In this document: in pieces, positions 1-12,505 of the stretch
How the letters are laid out: every line of letters starts with the position of its first letter
How positions within the stretch are numbered: position 1 is the first letter of the stretch
Program-made: the position numbers and the translations under genes
Notes under the pieces: model-generated
Databases searched by the model: none
The model's input: only the letters and a program-made list of their open reading frames with translations
What the model was told of the DNA's origin: nothing
NCBI GenBank assembly: GCA_973895155.1
Contig: OZ316897.1
Coordinates: 3,566,211-3,630,210, forward strand
Reading direction: 5' to 3'
Origin: Marsupella aquatica
Taxonomy: Eukaryota > Plantae > Marchantiophyta
DNA length: 64,000 nucleotides

Positions 1-694
1 TTGGAATGCGCACTTTGAGGGATGTGTCATTGACTTCAATCGTGAAATGGGAGGGCTTAGACATTCTCATGAGATTCAACATTTGAAGCGACAGAGGAAG
101 CCTCGAGACTGTTCATTCGAATGCGCTACAGAACGCGTTGTGCTGATGAAACCTCGAGAATACCCACGGTGTTGGCCATGCCATCGAATAGATTCTTACA
201 CTTCCAATTATCGCAAAGAATCCGTCAGACAGCTTTCCCCTAGATTCAATGACTTCTCGAGACTTAGGAACTATCGGTTCAACTATCAGTTGCCTCTACT
301 GACGCGGAAGGTTAGTCTGACTCGGTGAATTCAAGAAATTTCGACCACCTCCAGAGGCAACGACTTTATTGACCGGTGTATAAGTGCACGTTGACTAGCC
401 AAACGACTCTCTAAGATCGTGTGTACTCCATCTGTTCAATCAGCTGATCGGGGCTAGAAGTGCAACTGACTGAGGTTTATCAATGCCACTTCTTACGGAG
501 TGTTCTATTCCTGAAGTCTCTCGCGAGATTCTTCAGGATCCGGCCATGATAGCAGAGGGAGTCCACGAGTCGTAGCAGCAAAGACGACAACAAACTTGAG
601 TGGCAGGTCGTATTGCTACCGGTAATTTCATTGGTTTGGGAAAGAATTCCATCACTACGCGCGATTACAAAGTTCCTTAGGTCGATTTAGCAAG

Positions 695-3090
695 ATGCAA
701 TCTGAGGAGTGGGAAGAATTTGCGATCTTCCTGCAATTGGAGGAGTGGAATAATGCTACGGACCGCAATACCAATTCTCCCGACACGCCAGTCCTTCAAG
801 CGGTACCTGCTGATCTGGGGGCCCTTCGACTACTCGGCCAACACTCGTCAGAAGTGCGGAAGCAGCACTCGGGGAAGCTACTGACAGAGCAGCAATTGCG
901 GCAAGATGAAGAACTCGCGAGGCAGGTCGAGCAAAGTCTGCAAATAGTGGAATGGAGTGAAGTGAAAGTCCCCAATACCATATCTCACTTTACGCAAGAC
1001 TTTCCAGCGACGGCCGCTGATCGGAAGGGCAAACCGGAGCTTCAGCCTTATGGGGGCTTGTCTCAAGAGCAGAAGCAGCACTCGGAGAAGCTTGTGGCAG
1101 AGCAGCAACTGTGGCATGACGAAGAACTCGCGTGGCGAATGGAGCATGGTTCCTTTGACGAGAATCAGTTGTATGATCTCTTTTTTGCCGAGTGGACGGA
1201 CGATCGAGGATACGTTGGAGTCGGGTCCGTGATAAAAGACTCTGAAGGCCAAGTCGTCTTCGAACATAGAGAATGCATAGGGCTCGACATCAGTCACTAT
1301 TTTGCAGAGTACCTCGCCTTGATTAATGGCCTCGACGTTGCCCGATCGATTGGTCTGAGGCATATAAATGCATATGGGATTCGGGCGTTCATTTATTGGG
1401 AGGTAAAAAACATTGTCCCTCATATCTGGTTATTTCAGAGCTTCAGGCACTTCAATTTTAATATTGTGCATGTTCAATATAGGATGCTGAAATGCCTAGT
1501 CTGCATCAAGCTAGATCGTCCTTGAACCTTTGCCTAGTGTCTCCTCGAGATTCTGAGCCTTCGTTATACCTTCTCCAAATCCAAACCTCGACCATCAAGG
1601 AACCGTCCCCTCCAGACTTACACAATCCTGAATTCCGAGTTTCCAGCTGACAACCCACCCGAGTTGTGACTTTGAATACTGACCAGTCGGACATGTTTCC
1701 CTTCGATGTGACGATGGGGAATGATTTGTCAATATTGACTAGGTTCAACGACAGGTTGAGGCTGCCGGGATAGTAGAACAGTTTGACAAATTACAAGAGC
1801 AAATCAAGAAGCTCGACAGCTTTAGTGTGAATTGTCTCTCACGGACAGAGAATCAGGACGCTATCAAACTGGCCATTCATGCTGCAAACAATGCGCAAAG
1901 AATCAAGCGGAAGTCTGGTTTGGAGGAAGATACTCGCCAGCAGTGTCTCATTTGCTTGGAGAACATTTTTCCATCCGACTTGGTCTGCCAAAAGGTGTGT
2001 CGCCATGAATTTTGCTTCGATTGTTTATCCCAGCACGTGGAAACCGAAGTATCGCAAGGGAAGGTGCCTGTCCGCTGTCCTCAATTCGTCGATTGTGGCC
2101 TTTATATGGACGACAGCGACTGCAAGCGCCTCGTCTCGCCTAAAGTATTCGACACGTACTCGACTCGCGTGATAGAGGCCACCATCTCCGATTTCGACAA
2201 AGTTTACTGCCCGTTTCCAGGCTGTTCTGCCTTGATGTGCAGGACTAGTGATAACAAAGCAAACATGAATGTTGCAAGTTCTTCCAGGTCTACCCCAGGA
2301 AGGACAATCGTTGGTAGCGCGGAGTGCATGGAGTGCCATCGTTTGTTCTGTGCGGAATGTAACGTTCCGTGGCATGCAGATTTGAACTGCGAGCAGTATC
2401 AAACCCTCCCACCGGATGAGAGGGCCGCAGAAGACAGAAAGCTCTTTCAACTTGCAGCGGACCAAAAGTGGCGGAGATGCGGGAAATGCAGCAGCATGAT
2501 TATTCTTGCCGAAGGCTGCTTCCACATGACTTGCAGGTGATCCACTGACCGGTAGATTCTTCCATCTCTTGTCGCAAACAACTACTGTATCAGCATTCAG
2601 AGTTGCCTAGAGCATGAACCTTTGTCGCGTCTGTTCTAAGAAACTCTTCAAGTCGAACTGGAGGCCGATCTGGAGTCTTCCTTCTGAACTTCACCATCAA
2701 TTGGTCTTATTCTGTCAAAGGACGCGGTCGAAAGCAAATTACAATCGCAATGTTTGGAACCCGGTATCCTGTATATCCACACCACTGTTAAATGGTTGAC
2801 AGACGTCATGCCTGCAATTGCAAGGAAATGAAGACTCCCCGAAATCAATGAGCTAACTCATTCAAGCGATACCTTGAGGACGGTAGCTTTCCATGACTCA
2901 CTTTCTAGCAGCTTACTTGGCTGAACATTGTGTACTGAATTTTGACAGTGATTACTGGCCTACGATATCTTTTCGCAGGTGTGGCAACGAGTTCTGCTAT
3001 ACTTGTGGAACCAACTATCAAAAGAAGAAGAAGATGTGTGACTGTGAGCTCTTCTCTGTTGGTGTACAACGAGGATGGCGGTTATGGTGA
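695..3090 (+). CDS. RBR (RING1-IBR-RING2) E3 ubiquitin ligase with N-terminal RNase H-like domain (RSL1/RFA-like); exons 695-1402, 1755-2536, 2979-3090
   Basis: RING1 CLICLE..C.H.FC..C, IBR YCPFPGC..C.EC..LFCAECNVPWH, and RING2 RRCGKC..GCFHMTCR|CGNEFCYTCG. The RNase H-like segment is GVGSVIKD..AEYLALINGL. GT-AG junctions join the three ORFs in frame. Confidence 0.92.
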
Positions 3091-3284
3091 CTGAAGTGTG
3101 GGCTCAACTGAACATAATTATGTTGTAAGAAAAAAGGGAAAAAGCTGTACTCATGTTATGGATCTCATCTTCTTTGGGCCACCATGAATTATCCAAGTCT
3201 CCAGAATTACACAACCACAACAGGGAACAACCACACACAATGACAGAAGTGTGTGATTTGCGAAAATGTGGGAGTACAAGATAT

Positions 3285-3537
3285 TTGTGATGATACCATT
3301 AATCTCAAGGCACTCAATCGAAGCGATTGGGATCATTCCATTAATCTCCAGGCACTCTATCGAGGAGGTGGGGATCATACCATCAATCTCCTGGCAATCA
3401 ATCGAGGAGGTTGGGATCATACCATCAATCTCAAGGCACTCAATCGAGGAGGTTGGGATCATACCATCAATCTCCAAGCACTCAATGGAGGAGGTTGGGA
3501 TCGTACCATCAATCTCAAGGCACTCATCGAGGAGGTT
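3285..3537. repeat. 42-bp tandem repeat, ~6 copies
   Basis: The unit ccatcaatctcaaggcactcaatcgaggaggttgggatcata is repeated and accounts for the repetitive ORFs at 3151-3603. Confidence 0.9.
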
Positions 3538-5079
3538 CTGTTTTCGTTAGTGCAAGAGACTTTAGTTTTTGCTTTGGCTCAATATTCCCAAGCTAAAAGC
3601 TAGGACGAGACCCCAAACAAGTTACTTTGACAGGATTCTTTGCTTCTTTTAAAATCATATCTGGAAGCACTTTTCTCTTGGGCTCTGAGGAACCTGATCG
3701 GCATGCTATTTTGGGTCTGGGGCTGGTTACAGCACCAGCAAGGGAGTATGTCTTTGCTTAGGTATGTTGTTTCTTGTAGAGCCAAGGCCTTATCCTCAAG
3801 TTTTGGCCTAGTGCTTTGTTTACACAATGGGTGTTTGATGCCCTAGAGAGAGCTCAGGTATTCACTATTCTTAGTAGGGGCTCAGCTGCAGGTTTTAGGG
3901 CGTCCAGAAATTTTATTCTTTGTGACCCTCCTAGAGGTTTACTCCGGAACTATATCAAACTTTTCAGGTTGCTGCTCCGTAGGGCTTTAGCTCTTTTCTA
4001 ATCGTTGGGGGCTCTTGAGCTTTTTGGCTCTGTGGTCTTCTTGGGGTTTTCCCTCATTTTTCCTCCCTTATTGCATTTCCTGCCTTCGGGATCCTGTCTC
4101 TCAGTTTGGCAGTTCTTGTTTTTTGGCACTGTTATACACTGAAGTGGACAATCTTTGATTTCAATCAGAAACTTACTGTAGAAGACAGTCAGTTGCATTG
4201 TGGCTACCATAGTTTAGCCTACCAAACAGCCTGACTTCCCTAAATAGACTGACTTCCCTAAATAGAAGTTACTAGACCAGGGGCAATTATCATTATTACC
4301 TATAGTAGAAGTCCCTATCATAAGTGGAATGGCATGTTGGCAAGGCTGTCTCAGGTGATCGAGCTCAAACATATAGTTGGGACATTGCGAGAAGCTTGGC
4401 TTAATTTTGGAATCAAAATTAGATGGCAGCCTTCCATGTGGTTTTCTAGCCTCTTGTTGATTATTGCTGTCACTAGGTCATCCTTGCGGACAGTAAAAGC
4501 TTGTCATATTTTCTATGAGCTCATTGTCTGCGGGGATTATGTACGTTTTGTTTGTATCTACAACTCATATGCAATGTTGATTGGATTAATCTACCAAACA
4601 AATGTTGCATTAAAGTTTTTCATTGTTTACGGTTCAATAGTGGGAAAGTTGCCTAGTACATAGTGTCTATTGCACTCAATAGCTTGAAAAACCTTGATTG
4701 GTGATTGGTCTATTGCATTTTCTATGTTTTAGGGTTCAATTAGTAGAAGGTCTGCCTGGCTAGTGAAAATACTGTCCCTTGTTCTAAACCTCTTCAAGAA
4801 GTTTGTGTACATTGAATTTGGTTGCATTTTTTTTAATTTTGTCGGGTTCAATCAGTAGAAACTCTGCCATTGCCCTCAACGACGTCAAAAACTCTGATTA
4901 TGGAGCCAATGATAAGTCAGTTGCAAAATTCTAAGTCCAGCTCCCGTACCCATCAAGCTGATATTTTGACCGGAGGATGCATAATATCAGCTTGGTGGGT
5001 ACAGGAGCGTCCACCAAATTATAATTCAACGAGCCTTAAGCCGAATCTTATGGGCTTCGAATCGACAACATTCTGTCTC

Positions 5080-5960
5080 AGTTATTGAGAATGTGAGCTT
5101 TGAAAATGCCACAGTTTTTCAAAACATCTTGACAGGTGTGGCTATAAGTCAAGACATCCCTGGCTGGTTTGTGAAGTCCGAGCAGATCAAATGGAGAGCG
5201 CTGCTGGCAATGCATATCAATTCTCAACCGACCAGTTCTCTAACTTCATCGATCTGAATCAGAAGCGGCAGATGGGACCATTGCCTCCCAACACATTCAC
5301 ACTAAACTTGGCAAGAAGTATACAGTACTCTTTCAGACAACAGCCAATGCTGTGGACATGCCAATTCTAAGTGATGGAAGAATACCAAGCCAGCGACATT
5401 GATCTGCAGTCAGTTGTCGTGATTGCTAATATATTCATCCAAGTTGAGGATTGACACAGGTCGCACTATCTTGTAAGCATCTGTATTTGACAATTGCGAA
5501 TAGAGCTGTGATGTTGAGGGTGTTTGTTGGAGAATGGGTTGGAGTGCGGCAGACTACTCGAAGAACAGAGTTCAGCATAGTACCAAGTGAAGAGTACTAG
5601 TGCACATTAGTGAGTGAAAAGGTCCACGTGCAGCTCAGGTGATATTTGTTCTCATGCGAAGGCGGAGGTGCCTATCCAAGTCCATAAAATGACTTTTCCA
5701 AAACCAGTGGTCCCATCGCTTGTACATTTTCAGCTTTACTCGCCGGGAATCCTTTGAACGGTGTTGATGCAAGTAGGTCACTCGTTGCTACATCTGATAT
5801 CCATGTCCTTGTGTACTGCATTCCTCATAACTTGGGGAGATGTGTGAAGCCAACAATGGGCTCAACTTAGCTTGCAAGGTTGATCACCAGGGAGCTGGCG
5901 ATGAACTGACACATGAGGGTGTTCCCACACTCCGATCATCAAATTAACAGTCCTTGCCTA
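5080..5960 (+). pseudogene. Frameshifted two-domain DUF642 / choice-of-anchor-C-like (galactose-binding jelly-roll) pseudogene
   Basis: Manual translation across frameshifts gives VIENVSFE..DIPGWFV, NFIDLNQ/DGTIASQHIHTKLGKKYTVLFQTTAN, then LLENG..E and FSALLAGNP. This matches the recalled NGSFE..IPGW..IDLN..ISQ..T..G..Y.V.F.LAGNP pattern twice. Confidence 0.55.
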
Positions 5961-7244
5961 GTGTGAAGAGGAGAGCAGTTTAATCCACCAAATATCCTAA
6001 GTCAAGCATTCCAATCGTAAAACCAAAACAATAGTTGAGGATACTTTCCGTATTTCAGATCAACACCACCCAACTGAACTCTCGATTAATCAAAGCTCAG
6101 TTATGCAAGCACTCAAGATTGAATATCTTGAACAGCTCTCTAAGAGTTTTAATATTTTTACACCATGAATGGAATTAACCCTTCACCTATTTTAGAAATC
6201 CGTAGCCCAAAGGCAAGTCTTGCTCTCTCAGAACTTTCCTGAATGAACCGCTACTGGATTTTCTCTAAGATTTTCAACGTCTACAAAAGCCTCGTCTACC
6301 AAGTAGAAATTCTTCCACATCAAAAACACCTTTTCACTCACTTCAACTCTCCCTAGAAGTTAACTTGTTTCGCAAAGACTGCCTTACTGTAATACTTTTT
6401 AAGTGTAAACTTTCAACCAAATACAATCAACCTCGAGTCTAATAGTTGGAAGTGGGTGTGGAGTTTTCAGTAAAATGTTGTTCCAAAACGTTTTCTTGCA
6501 ACTCAGTATTCCCATCTCACTTCTAAACTCTAAGCGTCAGGGGCCTGCTCAGCAAGTATGAGCGATAGTGAGATCACTAACCCACATGAATCACGAGTTG
6601 CTGAATCAAATCTTGGCACCTTCCTCGCACTTTCTGTACTTCGCAATGCTCCTGCAAAAGCTACCATCATCCCTTCTCTGGGATAATCCATTATCCCTTT
6701 GAATTTCTGGGAGTAGAATGGGAGGTGACCCTTTCCACTTGATGTAAAAATTCCGGTTCTATACATCCTCCGGTATGACCTTCTGATACCATATCCCGAG
6801 GGCACTGGTCTATTATTTATTTATCAGGACACAAGTGTAAAATTCGAAGAAGACACACCTGTGTGAGGCAATTAAGAAAGCTGTCGAGCTCATGACGAGT
6901 CTTCGCTCGCATCCAGGCGAATTGCTCTACGTTTGCTTGGCTCCTGCTAGATGATGATGTTTCATTCGGTACTGGAGCGGTTCAGGTGCTCAATATCCAG
7001 AAGCCGGAAATTTTGAACATCACATGTAAAACTCAACGACAGCAATGCCACTAGTTAGCGAAGATTCCATTGGCACATTGCTTGCCTCCTGCTGCTTCTG
7101 CAAGGTCCAGCTTATCCTCTACGTGGGGAAAAACGGCAGCGAAGTATCCGAGGTGGCCATGGACGAGATTGGCATCAGCGAATGCCTCAGGATATACATA
7201 GAACTCATTTCGATGGTTGTCGGTATTCACCCAGGAGTTCAAAA

Positions 7245-8876
7245 TTAGAAGTGTGCACTTTCATCCCCTTCATCTATGGGAGAACCGGGAGCAAAGGGGA
7301 CAAAACCTCTCCCTCCAAAGTGAGGACGCATGTATCCATTGTCAAACTTTCGCCATACCTTATGGATCGTGGATGTTGGCGCTCTCAACAACATGCTCAA
7401 TGAGGATCGTCTCTGGACTGTTGATCGGCCTCCGTCTAAGAGCAGGGGAAATGTGATATCCCCAAAATTCCCTGATGGTTCTTTGGGTGATGAAGGCTCT
7501 GACCCATCACTCACAGCTGTTGCTGAACTGGGAAGAAGCCATTCAATTAGCGGCTTTGTTGCCATGCCAAATACAACGGTACTGACAAGCACCACTGCAA
7601 TAGTACTTGTAATTGCTGTAGCATGCTCTGGACTCTTCGTGTCACCCGATATAGTGAACTGATTGAAAGCCAGCGCAATCGACACGGCTCCACGCATCAG
7701 GCCCGCCCACCATATGATAATTTGCTGCCTGAAACTGATCTTAGTTGGTTTTCCCCTCTGTAAGTAATTCGTAAGAGCAGACAAGGGGAACACAAAACAA
7801 GCTCGGCCAAGCAGCACGAGTCCAATTAGTGTAGCGAAAACACCCAGGGTTTCTGGCCCAGTCGTCATCGTCGTTTTCCACTTATCCAAGTCCAGAGCAT
7901 CCATACCCACGTATAGAAAGATGAAAGTCTCAGCAATGAAGGACATGGTTGCGAAGGCATGCCTCGTTGTCACCTTCGAACCTTCGGTAACATTGTGCCA
8001 AGTGTAGTGAGACATGACAATACCACAGAAGAAGACAGTGAGGATTCCGCTCAAGTAGAAAAGCTCTGCAAGAATGTACGAAAGGTACGCCATGAGGGTC
8101 ATGATAGCGATCTCACGATCGGTGGAATGTCTCCCGAAGTACAAGGTCTTGATGATATAGGCACTGAGAAGTCCAGTCAATATTCCAAGTAGAGTGCTGG
8201 AGAAGAAGAGGTAAAGGAAGTTGCCGAAAATCATGAGGGCTTCCCACCCGGTGAAATCATCGAAATTAAACTTCTGTACGGCCCGAAATAGCACAACAGA
8301 GGTGGCATCGTTAACCACACCTTCTCCAAACACCAGACTGTAGAGAAGTGGAGTTCGATCCTGATTAAGAACCTGCAACACACAGACGGAGTCCGTGGCA
8401 GAGTAGATAACTCCAAGCGCCAAAAAGTCCTTGACTTGAAATGCCCCCAGTCCCAACTTTGGGAGCACGTATCTGGTTCCAGCAGAGATGATGAAGAAGG
8501 AAATGAACACCCCCACCACTCCGAACAGGATAATGGGAAGGAAATTGCGGAAGAACTGCTTCTTCTTCACCTGAAAACCAGCATTGAATATGATCGGAGG
8601 GAGAAGGTAAATGAAAAATAGCTCTTCATCGAACTGCAGAATACGGGAGCTCGCTCCTTTACTCGTGATGAGAATAATTACTCCTGTGGACAGTCCAAGG
8701 ATCAGAGCCGTGATCGACTCGTTCATCCACCGATTCTCCTCCAAGAGATGTCCCAGTACAATACAAGCACACAAAAGGGTCACAAATAAAGATATGGCAA
8801 CCACATGCATATGATCCGCGTCGTCCGCCAACCCTGCCTGCACCATGACCGAATGAAGGGAACCCCAAATCTCCAT
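7245..8876 (-). CDS. NHX: Vacuolar/endosomal Na+(K+)/H+ antiporter, class I NHX; CDS has no introns
   Basis: A 543-aa multi-TM ORF with the amiloride motif LFFIYLLPPIIFNAGF, plus GEGVVNDATS, WWAGLMRGAVS and a C-terminal WRKFDN.YMRP.FGGRGF. Confidence 0.96.
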   Translation of the reverse strand: MEIWGSLHSVMVQAGLADDADHMHVVAISLFVTLLCACIVLGHLLEENRWMNESITALILGLSTGVIILITSKGASSRILQFDEELFFIYLLPPIIFNAGFQVKKKQFFRNFLPIILFGVVGVFISFFIISAGTRYVLPKLGLGAFQVKDFLALGVIYSATDSVCVLQVLNQDRTPLLYSLVFGEGVVNDATSVVLFRAVQKFNFDDFTGWEALMIFGNFLYLFFSSTLLGILTGLLSAYIIKTLYFGRHSTDREIAIMTLMAYLSYILAELFYLSGILTVFFCGIVMSHYTWHNVTEGSKVTTRHAFATMSFIAETFIFLYVGMDALDLDKWKTTMTTGPETLGVFATLIGLVLLGRACFVFPLSALTNYLQRGKPTKISFRQQIIIWWAGLMRGAVSIALAFNQFTISGDTKSPEHATAITSTIAVVLVSTVVFGMATKPLIEWLLPSSATAVSDGSEPSSPKEPSGNFGDITFPLLLDGGRSTVQRRSSLSMLLRAPTSTIHKVWRKFDNGYMRPHFGGRGFVPFAPGSPIDEGDESAHF

Positions 8877-9188
8877 GATGATGTACTTCGACCTGCCACC
8901 CCAAACTGCGTCCCACTAGTAAACGGCAACGATCACTGATTCACCCCTTTCCCGGAATGATTCTAACCTCGACCGGTGGCAACCAAAGTTGCTCCGACTC
9001 CGTACCTTTAAAACTACACCCTTCCCTGTAGACATCCAATCACGTTCTGTGTGAAGACAGAGACCCTAGTCCATGAACATCTCCGTGACACCTCCACCAC
9101 AAGACGCAGCTGAGACGGCCCTCAGAACGAGCAATTCATCCACACACACCCAACAGGTCCTCCTCTGCTTTCATGTGATGCCGAACAC

Positions 9189-9502
9189 CTGTAAGAGGTG
9201 ATGCGCCTATGAGACGACGGATCCAAAGGCGTCTGTCATAGCAAAGGAACCACACAACACCACCACAGTTCTCAATCCTCGACAAGCGTGACGCCAACGA
9301 ACACCCTACTACCACATGTACGTGAGGAGGGGGTCAATCTAGATCCAATGTCGAAATCCAATCCAATCCAAACTATCCGGAATGAAAGAACGCGAACAGC
9401 TCCTCGACTCTTCAAACAGCGGCAAGAGAAGACACCCCTGTGGCAATCCACAAGCAAACGACCTAAACCGGTCACAACCTAAATGCAATCAACCAGACTA
9501 AC
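9189..9502 (-). other. Probable 5'UTR intron of the NHX gene
   Basis: Minus-strand donor GCAG|GTTAGT near 9502 and acceptor CTTACAG|G near 9189; endpoints are approximate. Confidence 0.45.
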
Positions 9503-10789
9503 CTGCTGCCTCACGGCTCTGCTAATTAACAGCAACAATGGCAACCCGTTGTGTACCTCATGGCGTGCCGCTACAGCGAACGATCGATGCCTCAAGCCTC
9601 GCGTCGCGAACAGTAGGCTGATCCGAAGCACGAACTAGAGGCCCGAATCGCGATTCCGAAGGGGGAAAATCGCCGAAAGTAAAACCGCCGCTGAAAAACG
9701 ACTTCTGGGATCACTCCACGAAATGAAATTCCAACAGAGGTGAACAAGAACGATTATTTTTCACCGAAGAGGAGACCGAGACCGAGAGATAGAGAGAAGT
9801 GAGCGCGTTATAAACTGCTAAGGACATGGATTGTGGGGATTGGAGAGAGAGCAGAGTCTTGCGCTCGATGCCGCTGCGCGAGGGGCGGTATATGGTCACG
9901 AGTGCGCTCATCAATGGATGAATTGGTGGGCAATTAATTCACAATTGATTGAGTAGGGAGAAGCGACTTGCCTTGAGAACGATGCACTGCTGAACGTGTG
10001 GGACAGACATCTCGTCTTTGAGTGGTGTAGCGTAGTCTCTCATTGTGCATTCCCCTTCGTTTCCTCGTCAGAGGCGTCGAGACGGGGGTCTCGTGTCCCG
10101 CGCTCTACGTGGTTACGTGCTTGAACCGGCCCGATGTACTGTGGTCGAATGCTTCTCACTGCGGTTGCGAACGACTTCTATACTGTGGTGACAAGGCGGG
10201 AAGTAGGAAGTTGGCATGAGCAGGCCACATGCCTCTCTAGTCGCAAGGTGGACTAATAAGAGCCAATTTGCATGTGGGCGGCCGTTAGTTTTCTGGCTCT
10301 CAATTTTACAGATGGTAGTAAAGTATTGACTGAGAATTTTGTGAAAAAAACCTCCTTGTGAGGCGGGGCTTATGGCATACAAAGGAGAAGCCCTTGATGT
10401 CCCGTACTTTGAAATCACAATAAAACAGAAAGTAGGGACACAAAATGACTTCCCTCAGCCGCCCCCCCCCCCCCAACAAAAAAAAAAAAACCAAAAAAAA
10501 AAACAATTGGGCTATGGCCAAGGAGTCATGAGGCACCCACCTACTTTCCCTTGGGCAAAACAAGTTCTTTAAAATGCATTTTTTAGAAAATTATGTAGGG
10601 TTTAGGGTTTAATTCATGGAATTTTGTTTCACCAGAATGTGAGTTACACTAATTGTGGTCAACAGTAGTTACTAATGATTTGTTACCGTGCATGTCAACT
10701 ACAAATACATGTTAACTATGAACAGAAAGCCCAGGCTCATCTACTGGAAATAGAAATACTCAAAAAGGTTTGGTTATCAAATTACTCAA

Positions 10790-10950
10790 AAGGTTAAACT
10801 ATATGTATACTCAACCCTATTTAAACCTCGTTTCCATAATTTAATCATTTAATTGTTTTGAGTTATCCAATTACTCGAACGGCTAAACTATATGTATACT
10901 CAACCCTATTTAAACCTCATTTCCATAATTTAATCATTTAATTGTTTGAG
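10790..10950. repeat. Two ~79-bp direct repeats
   Basis: attactc..taaactatatgtatactcaaccctatttaaacctc.tttccataatttaatcatttaattgttt occurs twice. Confidence 0.8.
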
Positions 10951-11234
10951 TGTAGATGCACCTAAGTCTCCCAATGCTCGCCTTGCCCCTTGCTTTGAAG
11001 TACTCGTGTTTCACCTGTGCCTTTGGTATCAGGGTTGCTTATTGGACAAAACTTTTTGAGTATCTCAAGCCCCTTCTCTCCAGTACATCCATTGACTAGC
11101 CACTATTATATGCAGCCTCCTCCTTCCAATGCATCCCCATGGGAGTGCTCTTGCAGAAAGTCCCTTTGCTTAAACTTTCACTTGGAACCAACTTGCATGT
11201 GGGCTGCCCTCAAACTATTTGGCCCTTTGTGCTC

Positions 11235-11890
11235 TCAAATTTGCAGGATCCAGATTTTCAAGAGTATTTGTTGTCCTGCTACATGTGAGCTATGCAAGCC
11301 TATTTCATGTCCCCATTTTTGGGGTGTTTTTGTCATTTCACATGTCTTTTTTATCGTCATATCAAAGTACGGGACCTCAAGGGCCAGAAGCCATTGCTTC
11401 TCCAATTTGTATGCCATCAGCGTTGCCTGATGAAGAGGTTTTTCCACAAAATTCTCAGTCAGTACTTTAGTGCCATCTGTGAGTAGAGGGACGGAAAAGT
11501 CAGGGCTGCGCACAATCAAGTTGGCTCTAAGACCACCTTGCAGCTTGAGAGGCAAGTTGGCATGAGCAGGCCACCATTTGCAAGGTGGTAAAACAGCCAA
11601 CTTGCATGTGGGTGACCCCTAGTTTTCTGGCCCTCAACTTCACAGATGACATTAAAAGATTGACTGAGAAATTTGTGGAAAAACCTCTCATCAGCGGGGT
11701 TTATGGCATGCAACTGAGAACCTTAATGTCCCATACTTTGAAATCACAATAAAACAGAAAACAGTTCCACAAATTGAACACCCCCACCCCACCACCACCA
11801 TCAAAAAAGGCACCCCCAACAAAAACCCAAAAAAGGCTTATGAAACTCACATGCACTTTGACACTCTTGAGAATCTAGATGTGCAGTTTA
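11235..11890. mobile_element. Degenerate foldback / long-TIR element; partial third copy at ~10205-10530
   Basis: ~11235-11490 is an imperfect reverse complement of ~11630-11890 (e.g. ccacaaaattctcagtcagtac vs gattgactgagaaatttgtgg). 10205-10440 repeats 11555-11760 directly. Confidence 0.65.
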
Positions 11891-12183
11891 AGGGAATGTT
11901 AGGGGGGCTGTACAAGAAGGTGGGGGCCTTCAGTGTCTCTCCATCCAAAGCAGAGTTGATGGCCATTTCCTTACACAAAAGTTCAAATGTTTGAGCCAAA
12001 ATGTGTCAGGTATGGAAGTAATCAATGCAATCACTGCAAAGAAGGGCAGTTTGCTTCAGGTGTTTAGACCACCTCAAGAGGAGGTCCAAGTTGTTGACGA
12101 GAAATCTTACACACATCAGCAAAAAAGGGACATACAAGGAGCCCACTCAGAGATGTCTAGGTTTGGTAATGCTTTTGCTTGAT

Positions 12184-12505
12184 TGTGCCCAAGTTCATGT
12201 AAAGTGAAATGTGACCAGTTCCCACATATGAATGGCTAGGATTACATCTCTCACTTACAAAAAAAAGATTTCTATCCCCAAGTTCTTGTAAAGCCACCCT
12301 TAGGGTTGTGCCCAAGTTCATGTAAAGTGAAATGTGACCAGTTCCCACATATGAATGGCTAGGATTGCATCTCTCACTTAGACAAAAATGAATTCCCAAG
12401 TATTAATGGCTAGGATTGCATCTCTCACTTAGACAAAAATGAATTCTATGCACAAGTTCTTGTAAAGCCACCCTTATGGTTCCGAGTCTTGTAAAGCCCC
12501 CCTTA
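12184..12505. repeat. Tandem ~123-bp repeats with partial copies
   Basis: tgtgcccaagttcatgtaaagtgaaatgtgaccagttcccacatatgaatggctaggatt occurs twice, plus sub-repeats. Confidence 0.85.

Noticed and set aside
3151-3603. Repeat-protein ORFs on both strands
   Set aside because: By-products of a 42-bp (multiple of 3) tandem repeat downstream of the E3 stop codon.
10596-10610. Interstitial telomere (TAGGGTTTAGGGTTT)
   Set aside because: Only two units, too short to interpret.
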